Origin: Abditibacteriaceae bacterium
GTDB lineage: Bacteria > Armatimonadota > Abditibacteriia > Abditibacteriales > Abditibacteriaceae
Assembly (NCBI GenBank): GCA_031372065.1
Contig: JANMKN010000234.1
Span: 1 to 15,446 of the forward strand
Direction: 5' to 3'
Length of the DNA: 15,446 bases
The notes under the pieces were generated by a model. That model was not told where the DNA came from, ran no database searches, and saw only the letters and a program-made list of their open reading frames with translations. Numbering within the stretch: position 1 is the first letter of the stretch; each line of letters opens with the position of its first letter. The translations under genes and the position numbers were made by a program. This document shows positions 8,328-15,446 of the stretch, piece by piece.

Positions 8328-8786
8328 ATGGGACGAATTTTAGTGGCGGACGACGAAGATGATGTGCGCCTTTCCTTGCAACGGCGCTTAAGACGCGAAG
8401 GCCACGAAGTGGCTATCGCCGGTTCGCAGGCCGAGGCTATCGAAGCCATCAAAACATCGGAGCCACCTTTCGATTTGGTGCTTTCCGATATGCTGATGGA
8501 ATCGCCCAATTCGGGCGTGGAAGTTTTGAAAGCCACCTTAGCGCGCGACATTTTCACCGAAGTGATTGTGCTGACGGCCTATGGCAATGTGTCCAACGCC
8601 GTTGAATGCATGAAGCTCGGCGCCTTCGATTATGTGGAGAAAAACATCCCCGATGTGGATGTTTACGAATTGGTTTGCATCAAGGTTGATCAGGCCTTGG
8701 AACGGCGCCGCTCCTCGCTCGCAACCTTGCGCAAAATGGAGCAATTCGCCAAAGGCCGCGACCCGGAAACATTTAAAATTGGTTAA
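8328..8786 (+). CDS. Single-domain response regulator (receiver plus short helical tail)
   Basis: ILVADDE, DLVLSDMLM (phospho-acceptor Asp), VIVLTAYG and GAFDYVEK. AGGA precedes the start. No output domain. Confidence 0.92.
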   Translation: MGRILVADDEDDVRLSLQRRLRREGHEVAIAGSQAEAIEAIKTSEPPFDLVLSDMLMESPNSGVEVLKATLARDIFTEVIVLTAYGNVSNAVECMKLGAFDYVEKNIPDVDVYELVCIKVDQALERRRSSLATLRKMEQFAKGRDPETFKIG

Positions 8787-8788
8787 TT

Positions 8789-10612
8789 ATGCTCGACCCA
8801 AATCAGCCACCGGCTACGCTGTCCGAGATGGCACAACGCTCGTTTGTGCGGTTCGCCAATGAACGCTGTTTAGGTGCCAAAGGCACCGCTGGAAATTACG
8901 AATTTGCCACCTATGCGCAGATTGCGGAGCGCGTGCGCGTGGTGGCAGGCGGCTTGTTGGCGTTGGGATTGACGCGCGGTGACCGCGTGGCGATTTTGGC
9001 AGAAAATCGGCCCGAATGGGCGATTGCTGATTTAGCCTGCCAAATGCTCGGCGCCATCGTCGTGCCATTGTTTTCGACTTTGCCACCGCCGCAAGTGCAA
9101 TACATTTTGCAAGACAGCGGCGCGAAAATCGTTTTCGTTTCCGACCAAAAGCAAAAACAAAAAATTGACGCCCTCGCCGGGCAAATTCCCGATGTCAGCG
9201 CTGTAGTCACGATGGATGAAGAGGCAGTTTTAGCCGTGCCGACCAGCGATGCCAAAGTTCTCGCCTTTCGCGAATTGGAAAAGCGCGGCGAGATTCATCT
9301 GGCGCAGCATCCCGACGATTACGAAACCTCATGGCCCGCCGCACAAGCGGGCGATGTGGCGACGATAATCTACACTTCCGGCACCACCGGCAATCCCAAA
9401 GGCGCCATGCTGACGCACCGCAATATCGTTAGCGACGTGGACGCAGTTTTGGCCTCAATTAAAGAACTGAAACAAGGCGACACATTCCTGTCTTTTTTAC
9501 CGCTGGCGCACGTTTATGAGCGCACGGCGGGCTATTATTTGCCGCTGCGCATCGGGGCGCCGATTGCCTACTGCGAAAGCCTCTTCACGGTTGACAAAAA
9601 CATGGCCGAAGTGCGCCCGAACGTGATGTTTTGCGTGCCGCGCCTGAACGAGGCCATGCGCGAAAAAATTATAGGTCAGGCGAAATCGCTGCCCGAAGGC
9701 AAACGCGAAAAATTTCAGGAAGCCTTAGAACTCGCCAAAAAAGCCGGCGCGCATCAAGGCGGCTTGCCGGATGCGCCGGGTTTAGGTTTGGGCGAAAAAC
9801 TGAAGCACAAAGTTTTCGATGCGATGGTTTATTCCAAAATCCGCGAAAAATTCGGCGGCCAATTATGGGCGTTTGTGTCCGGCGGCGCGCCGATGTCGCC
9901 CGATGTGGGGGCTTTGTTTTTGGGCATGGGCATCGAAATTTTAGAAGGCTACGGCTTAACCGAAACCTCGCCGGTCATTTCGGTGAATCGCCCCGGCAAA
10001 ATCAGGTTGGGCACTGTCGGCCCGGTTCTTGAAGGCGTCGAAGTGAAAATCGCCGCCGACGGCGAAATTTGTGTGCGCGGCAACACGGTGATGAAGGGCT
10101 ATTGGAACAAACCCGACGAAACGCGCGAAGCCATTGACGCCGAGGGCTGGTTTCACTCCGGCGATTTAGGTTCGCTCGACGATGGCTATTTGCGCATTAC
10201 GGGCCGCAAAAAAGACCTTTTGGTGCTCGCCAACGGCAAAAAAGTCGCGCCCGCACCGATTGAATTGAAAATGACTTCCTCGCCGTTTATTCAGCAAATC
10301 GTGCTGCTCGGCGACAAGCAAAAAGCCGTGTCTGCCTTGATTGTGCCTCACCTTGAACGCCTTAAAGAGTGGGCCAAAGAAAACCAAATCGGAGCCGAAA
10401 ACGATGCCGCGTTATTGAAACAAAGCGCCGTGCAGCAACTCATGCGCAAAGAAATTGATGCGCAATCGAGCGCGCTGGCCGACTTTGAAAAAATCCGCAA
10501 AGTGGCGCTGCTTTCGGAGCCATTTTCCGTCGAAAAAGGCGAAATGACGCCGACTTTAAAAATCAAACGCAACATCATCGCCGAAAAATACGGCCACTTA
10601 GTTTTGGAATAA
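8789..10612 (+). CDS. fadD: Long-chain fatty acid-CoA ligase (AMP-dependent synthetase, FadD15-like)
   Basis: YTSGTTGNPKG AMP-binding motif, SFLPLAHVYE, EGYGLTETSP, GWFHSGDLG, ITGRKKD and GEMTPTLKIKR. Confidence 0.92.
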   Translation: MLDPNQPPATLSEMAQRSFVRFANERCLGAKGTAGNYEFATYAQIAERVRVVAGGLLALGLTRGDRVAILAENRPEWAIADLACQMLGAIVVPLFSTLPPPQVQYILQDSGAKIVFVSDQKQKQKIDALAGQIPDVSAVVTMDEEAVLAVPTSDAKVLAFRELEKRGEIHLAQHPDDYETSWPAAQAGDVATIIYTSGTTGNPKGAMLTHRNIVSDVDAVLASIKELKQGDTFLSFLPLAHVYERTAGYYLPLRIGAPIAYCESLFTVDKNMAEVRPNVMFCVPRLNEAMREKIIGQAKSLPEGKREKFQEALELAKKAGAHQGGLPDAPGLGLGEKLKHKVFDAMVYSKIREKFGGQLWAFVSGGAPMSPDVGALFLGMGIEILEGYGLTETSPVISVNRPGKIRLGTVGPVLEGVEVKIAADGEICVRGNTVMKGYWNKPDETREAIDAEGWFHSGDLGSLDDGYLRITGRKKDLLVLANGKKVAPAPIELKMTSSPFIQQIVLLGDKQKAVSALIVPHLERLKEWAKENQIGAENDAALLKQSAVQQLMRKEIDAQSSALADFEKIRKVALLSEPFSVEKGEMTPTLKIKRNIIAEKYGHLVLE

Positions 10613-10677
10613 CAACGCCATCATTCGCTTGTTGTCAAAGTGCTGTCGTTAGTTTCTTCTCGTAAGCGGTGCGCGTT

Positions 10678-11424
10678 ATGAAAACCTCGTTCAAATTTTC
10701 CACGTTGTTATTTTTGCCGTTGCTGTGGCATGGCAAGGTTTTCGCGGCAGAAAAAAAACCGGACGCGCCTCCGGTGACGATGGTAGATTTTCGCCCGCAA
10801 ATGACCAAATGGGGCTTGCGCCTCAAGCAGCAAGGCGCGCGCAACACTTGCGCGGTTTTTGCGCTGTCCGGCGCGTTGGAATTCGCCTTGGCAAAACAAT
10901 TAGATCGCGGCGTGCGGCTCAGTGAGGAATATCTAAACTGGTCGGCCAACGTTGCCAATGGCGATGGGCGCGACGGTGCGACGTTTCCCGCATTAGTGGA
11001 TGGTTTTAATCGCTGGGGCATCTGCCGCGAGAGTTTGATGCCGTATAGGGCTTCTCAAAGCAACTTCATTCCGCCCAGCGAGGCAGCTTTAAGCGACGCG
11101 AAAAACATCTGGAACATAGGTTTTCAACGCCACTGGATTACACGCGGCCAACGTATGACCTTGACCGATTTGGCCGAGGTGAAAAAAGTCATGCGCAACG
11201 GCTTTCCAGTGTGCGGCGAAGCGGAGCATTGCTTGCTTTTAATTGGTTTCAACGACGATCCGCGTCAACCGGGCGGCGGCACATTTCTCACCCGCAACTG
11301 CGCCACCGTGCGCTACGAAACCATGTCCTACGCCGAAGCCGCACAGAAATTTTATTCGCTGCTATGGATTGAAATTCCCGACCTTAAGCCAACAGAAACC
11401 GAGAAAACCACTGGCAAAAATTAA
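10678..11424 (+). CDS. Secreted papain-like (C1 family) cysteine peptidase
   Basis: Signal-peptide-like N-terminus (MKTSFKFSTLLFLPLLWHGKVFA/AE). VDFR..QQGARNTCAVFA supplies the oxyanion Gln and catalytic Cys, followed by LSEEYL, HCLLLIGF (His) and FLTRNC (Asn). An alternative GTG start lies at 10669. Confidence 0.8.
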   Translation: MKTSFKFSTLLFLPLLWHGKVFAAEKKPDAPPVTMVDFRPQMTKWGLRLKQQGARNTCAVFALSGALEFALAKQLDRGVRLSEEYLNWSANVANGDGRDGATFPALVDGFNRWGICRESLMPYRASQSNFIPPSEAALSDAKNIWNIGFQRHWITRGQRMTLTDLAEVKKVMRNGFPVCGEAEHCLLLIGFNDDPRQPGGGTFLTRNCATVRYETMSYAEAAQKFYSLLWIEIPDLKPTETEKTTGKN

Positions 11425-11480
11425 ATTGCGTAGTTGCTTTGCAAGAGTAAGACGAACCGGAAACTATTTATAAGAGTCAG

Positions 11481-11828
11481 ATGAAATTTAGCATATCTGG
11501 TAAGTTGGCAGGCGTTGCCATAGGTATATTCATTGGCTTGGTCTGCTTCTTTGTGTTGCCTACTAATTCCACTGTTTCCAGTTATATTCCGGTTATCGCG
11601 GGCGGTAGCATCAGTGGTTATATATCAAAAACGGATGGCGTCCTTTGCGGTATGCTCATTGGGTTGTCGCAGGCGATTTTGGTAATGTGGATTTTGGGGT
11701 CTATGCTGCCCATTTTAGGTCCAGCGGCTGCCAGCAAGTCGTTGCCGGGGATAGCTGTAACTTTTATTTTAGTGGTGACATTAGGGGCAGCTTCTGGGGC
11801 ATTCGGACAGTGGCTGAGAAACCGTTAA
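11481..11828 (+). CDS. Small hydrophobic membrane protein (about 4 TM helices), function unknown
   Basis: 115-aa ORF with Gly-rich hydrophobic segments (GGSISGY, GMLIG, GAASGAFG). Lower GC than its neighbours (24/60 in 11521-11580). Confidence 0.75.
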   Translation: MKFSISGKLAGVAIGIFIGLVCFFVLPTNSTVSSYIPVIAGGSISGYISKTDGVLCGMLIGLSQAILVMWILGSMLPILGPAAASKSLPGIAVTFILVVTLGAASGAFGQWLRNR

Positions 11829-11830
11829 AA

Positions 11831-11996
11831 CTGACCGCCACACACTAAGAGCTGAAGTGCATAGCCGAGACCCTGAAAACGCCCTCAACATATCTGAAAA
11901 CGCGATTTCGCTGTTTGAAGAGGGCATCCGCCAACCTGAAAAAACAAAACCTCCGCCTGAAAAGCGGATTTCCTGACCTGAATCGCGATTCAGGTC
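11831..11996. repeat. Degenerate 21-bp-periodic tract ending in a perfect 22-bp palindrome
   Basis: (C/T)TGA recurs exactly every 21 bp at 11831, 11852, 11873, 11894, 11915, 11936, 11957 and 11978 (TGAA in 7 of 8). GACCTGAATCGCGATTCAGGTC at 11975-11996 is its own reverse complement. Confidence 0.75.
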
Positions 11997-12247
11997 GTGA
12001 AATAACTGGTTCAGGGCATCTTTGAGTGGTTCGGATTAGGGATGTTCCTGCCGAAGAACAAAACTCTTGCGCGACACCTCAGTATCTCGAAGTGGGGTGA
12101 ATAAATAACCGCAAGAACGCGTCTGGTTTGCGGAGTGAAGTTCGGTCAGCAATTATTCTCAAACGATTTATCCAGCAGCAACAGTAAATTCAAACCAGCG
12201 TTTGACACATTCCCAAGCCTCGGCAACACTTTGAGGCGCCGTCACTT

Positions 12248-12252
12248 AGGAG
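12248..12252 (+). promoter_or_regulatory. Shine-Dalgarno site of the galU-like gene
   Basis: AGGAG followed by AAAA and then the ATG at 12257. Confidence 0.7.
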
Positions 12253-12256
12253 AAAA

Positions 12257-13156
12257 ATGACTATTACCAATGCGGTTGTGCCCGTCGCCGGACTTGGCAC
12301 GCGTCTTTTGCCCGCCACCAAAAGCCAACCCAAAGAAATGTTGCCTGTGGGCAAGCGTCCCGTGGTGCAATACATCGTCGAGGAACTGGAACGCAACGGT
12401 TTCGAGCGATTGCTTTTCATCACCGGCGCCAACAAAGATTCGATTGAGAATCACTTCGATTACGATCCGGTTCTGATTCGCCATCTGCGCGAAGCCGGCA
12501 AGGAAGATTTGCTGGCCGAACTGGAATATGAACGCGCCAACATCAAGTTTTTTTATACGCGCCAGAAAATGCAGCGCGGCCTTGGCGATGCTATTTTGCA
12601 CGCCGAAGATTTTTCCGGCACCGCGCCCTTTGCCGTGGCACTCGGCGATTCGATTTTGGGGCGTCACGCGCAAAGCACAACGCTTTCGCGCATGGCAGAA
12701 ATCTTCGGCGAAAGCGATTGCGCCGCTGTTATCGCGTTTGAAGAAGTGCCCGCACACGAAGTGCATCAATACGGCATCGCGCATCCTGAAAAAGCGGTGT
12801 TGGACAGCACACCTTTTGTATTGCGCGACATCATCGAAAAACCGGCGCGAGGCGAAGCGCCTTCCAATTTAGCGGTGGCGGCGCGCTATATTTTTTCGCA
12901 TCGCATTTTTCCAGCTTTGCACGACACCAAACCGGGCAAAGGCAACGAAATTCAACTCACCGACGCCATTCGCCTGCTCATTCGCAGCGGCGAAAAAGTC
13001 ATCGGCTTGAGATTGCCGCCGGGCGAAACGCGCTACGACATCGGCAACTTTCAAAGCTACTTCGAAGCCTTCGTAGACTTTGCGCTGCACGACCCCGAAT
13101 ACGGCGAAAACTTGCGTGATTACGTCAAAAAAGTGTTGGCGGAGATTGAAAATTAA
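12257..13156 (+). CDS. galU: GalU-type UTP:sugar-1-phosphate uridylyltransferase
   Basis: PVAGLGTRLLPATKSQPKEMLP, IENHFD, GLGDAI, IIEKP, SNLAVAARY, GNEIQLTDAI and RYDIG. The sugar-phosphate specificity is not established. Confidence 0.88.
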   Translation: MTITNAVVPVAGLGTRLLPATKSQPKEMLPVGKRPVVQYIVEELERNGFERLLFITGANKDSIENHFDYDPVLIRHLREAGKEDLLAELEYERANIKFFYTRQKMQRGLGDAILHAEDFSGTAPFAVALGDSILGRHAQSTTLSRMAEIFGESDCAAVIAFEEVPAHEVHQYGIAHPEKAVLDSTPFVLRDIIEKPARGEAPSNLAVAARYIFSHRIFPALHDTKPGKGNEIQLTDAIRLLIRSGEKVIGLRLPPGETRYDIGNFQSYFEAFVDFALHDPEYGENLRDYVKKVLAEIEN

Positions 13157-14154
13157 TGCGCACGATTAAAACGCAGGCCTTTGCCCGCGCGGGATTGGTC
13201 GGCAATCCGTCCGATGGCTACTTCGGCAAAACGATGGCAATGAGCGTGCGCAATTTCAGCGCGCAAGTTGTGCTTTACGACTGGCCGACGCTGGAAATTT
13301 TGCCTTCGAAAGCCGACCTTGTGCAGTTCGAAAGTTTGAGCGAACTCGCCGCCGATGTGGGCCGCAACGGTTATTATGGCGCGCTGCGTTTGGTGACGGC
13401 GAGCCTCAAAAAATTCCACGATTACTGCGTGGAAAGCGACATCAAACTGCCGCAGCAAAATTTTTCGATACGCTACAACACCGACATTCCGCGCGGCGTG
13501 GGTTTGGCCGGCAGTTCGGCGATTATCACGGCCACTTTTCGCGCTCTCATGCAGTTTTACGCCGTGGATATTCCACGCGAGATTTTGCCAAACTGGGTGC
13601 GCGCCACCGAACGCGAAGAGCTGCGCATCGAAGGTGGCTTGCAAGATCGCGTCGCGCAAACTTACGAAGGCGTGATTTATATGGATTTTGACCGCGCCAA
13701 AATCGAGCGCGATGGTTTCGGCTTTTACGAAAATCTTGATCCCAAGTTACTGCCGCCACTTTATTTGGCCTTCCGCACCGACCTCGCGGAAACTTCGGAC
13801 ATTGTGCATAACAACTTGCGCGAACGCTGGGAAGCGGGCGATAGAACTGTGCATGAAACCATGCAGGAATTTCGCGAACTCACCACGCGCGCCAGAAACG
13901 CTTTATTAGCGGGCCATCACGCCGCTTTTGGCCGCTGCATTGACGAAAATTTTGAGTTGCGCCGCAAAATCATGCCAATCAATCCCGGCCATTTAAACAT
14001 GGTCGAAGCCGCGCGCGAATGCGGCGCCACCGCGCATTTCGCGGGCAGCGGCGGCACCATCGCGGGCACTTACGATGCACCAGAAACCTTCGCGCGCTTG
14101 CAGGAAAAACTTGGCAGCATGGGTTGCGCTGTCATCGTGCCGAAGGTGATTTAG
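13156..14154 (+). CDS. GHMP-family sugar kinase, glucuronokinase-like
   Basis: ARAGLVGNPSDGYFGKT, GHMP ATP motif IPRGVGLAGSSA, GGLQDRVAQTYEGVIYMDF and FAGSGG. These match recalled plant glucuronokinase motifs. The start overlaps the galU stop (TAATG). Confidence 0.82.
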   Translation: MRTIKTQAFARAGLVGNPSDGYFGKTMAMSVRNFSAQVVLYDWPTLEILPSKADLVQFESLSELAADVGRNGYYGALRLVTASLKKFHDYCVESDIKLPQQNFSIRYNTDIPRGVGLAGSSAIITATFRALMQFYAVDIPREILPNWVRATEREELRIEGGLQDRVAQTYEGVIYMDFDRAKIERDGFGFYENLDPKLLPPLYLAFRTDLAETSDIVHNNLRERWEAGDRTVHETMQEFRELTTRARNALLAGHHAAFGRCIDENFELRRKIMPINPGHLNMVEAARECGATAHFAGSGGTIAGTYDAPETFARLQEKLGSMGCAVIVPKVI

Positions 14155-14167
14155 GAAGTGACGAGTA

Positions 14168-14210
14168 AAAAGTGAAAAGTAACGAATAAAGACAGTTACT
14201 TTTCGCTTTT
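14168..14210. terminator. Inverted repeat at the convergent gene junction, possible bidirectional terminator
   Basis: AAAAGTGAAAAGTAAC (14168-14183) versus GTTACTTTTCGCTTTT (14195-14210), 15/16 complementary, overlapping the ugd stop codon. Confidence 0.5.
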
Positions 14211-15446
14211 CACGTCCGGGCGGCCAATAGAATAATAGGTAAAACCATGAGTTTTCATGGTTTCCAGTTCATAAACATTGCGCCCATCGAAGATGACGGG
14301 CTGCTTTAAAAGCTCTTTTAAAAAGTCAAAATCCGGCTCACGGAACTTGTTCCATTCGGTAGCAATAATGAGCGCGTCCGCGCCATCGCAAGCATCATAA
14401 TGGCGCGCCGCGAACTTGATTTTATCGCCGAGAATTTTCTTCGAGGCTTCCATCGCTTCCGGGTCGTAAGCGCAAATCGTGGCACCTTGCGCCGTTAATT
14501 CCTCAATCAAAGTCAGCGATGGCGCTTCGCGCATATCATCGGTATTCGGTTTGAACGAGAGGCCCCATAGCGCAAATTTTCGGCCTTTAATGTCGCCGCC
14601 GAAATGTTTCATTAAGCGCGGAATCAAAGCGCGCTTTTGATTTTGATTCACGACTTCTGTTGCTTCCAAAATTCGTTGCGGCGCATCAAATTGCGCGCCT
14701 GTGGCGATTAAAGCCTGCACGTCTTTGGGAAAACAAGAACCACCGTATCCAATGCCTGAAAACAAGAAGCGTTTACCAATGCGCGAATCGAGACCGACGC
14801 CGAGGCGCACTTTATCCACGTTGGCGCCGCATTTCTGACATAAATTGGCGATGTCGTTCATAAAAGAAATGCGCAGCGCCAGCATCGAATTAGCGGCATA
14901 TTTTGTCACTTCAGCGGAGCGATTATCCATCACCAAAAGCGGATTGCCCGACAACAAAAACGGGTGATACAATTCGCGCATCATTTTTTCGGCGCGCAAG
15001 CTCTGAGTGCCGATAACAACGCGTTCGGGCTTCATAAAATCATCAACCGCCACGCCTTCGCGCAAGAATTCCGGGTTCGATACCACATCAAATTCACTGC
15101 GCGCGTTGCGTTCAAGCGCGGCGCACACTTTGTCGGCAGTGCCAACGGGAACCGTGCTTTTGGTGACGATGACCTTGTAACTGCTGGCTTCGGTTAATAG
15201 TTTGCCGATGGCTTCCGAGGTGTTTAAAACGTAGCTCAAATCCGCCGAGCCATCGGCGCCGGGCGGCGTTGGCAACGCCAAAAACAAAATGTCGCTGCGC
15301 CCCACAGCATCGGCCAAATCGGACGTAAAAGTCAAGCGCTCTTCTTGCAAATTGCGCTTGAACAAATGCTCTAAACCCGGCTCATAAATTGTTAATTCGC
15401 TGGCGCGCAGGCGATTTAATTTCGCTTCGTCCACGTCCACGCAAAT
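14196..15446 (-). CDS. ugd: UDP-glucose 6-dehydrogenase (5' end outside the window)
   Basis: IYEPGL, LALPTP, VTKSTVPVGT, SNPEFLREG, KYAAN, catalytic GYGGSCFPKD and WGLSFKPNTDDMREAPS. The frame stays open to the window edge (..ICVDVDE) and the N-terminal GxGxxG motif is not in the window. Confidence 0.95.
   Translation of the reverse strand: MCVDVDEAKLNRLRASELTIYEPGLEHLFKRNLQEERLTFTSDLADAVGRSDILFLALPTPPGADGSADLSYVLNTSEAIGKLLTEASSYKVIVTKSTVPVGTADKVCAALERNARSEFDVVSNPEFLREGVAVDDFMKPERVVIGTQSLRAEKMMRELYHPFLLSGNPLLVMDNRSAEVTKYAANSMLALRISFMNDIANLCQKCGANVDKVRLGVGLDSRIGKRFLFSGIGYGGSCFPKDVQALIATGAQFDAPQRILEATEVVNQNQKRALIPRLMKHFGGDIKGRKFALWGLSFKPNTDDMREAPSLTLIEELTAQGATICAYDPEAMEASKKILGDKIKFAARHYDACDGADALIIATEWNKFREPDFDFLKELLKQPVIFDGRNVYELETMKTHGFTYYSIGRPDVKSEK

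Noticed and set aside
12578..12592. GLGDA instead of GLGHA in the GalU-like protein as evidence of altered specificity
   Set aside because: This variant can occur in ordinary GalU homologues and is not diagnostic on its own.

Overview
Bacterial chromosomal window with no CRISPR array, tRNA or rRNA gene. Left part: a strong hairpin (85-121), a 21-bp tandem array (core 273-461), a solitary MmeI/YeeA-like type IIG/IIL restriction-modification fusion gene with a lower-GC central segment, and a 253-bp MITE-like element with long inverted arms and a 5-bp target-site duplication. Middle: a Gfo/Idh/MocA oxidoreductase; a convergent pair of a DUF218/YdcF gene and an alkyltransferase-like (ATL) gene; a likely operon of a GAF-GAF histidine kinase, a stand-alone receiver protein and a long-chain acyl-CoA ligase; a secreted papain-like C1 peptidase; and a small low-GC membrane protein gene. 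A second, highly degenerate 21-bp-periodic tract ending in a perfect 22-bp palindrome follows. Right part: a GalU-type nucleotidyltransferase translationally coupled to a GHMP kinase resembling eukaryotic glucuronokinase, convergent with UDP-glucose 6-dehydrogenase (cut by the window end). Best leads: a possible bacterial glucuronate-to-UDP-glucuronate salvage module, two possibly related 21-bp-period arrays, and the structured MITE. All family calls come from motif recognition by eye; no searches were run.
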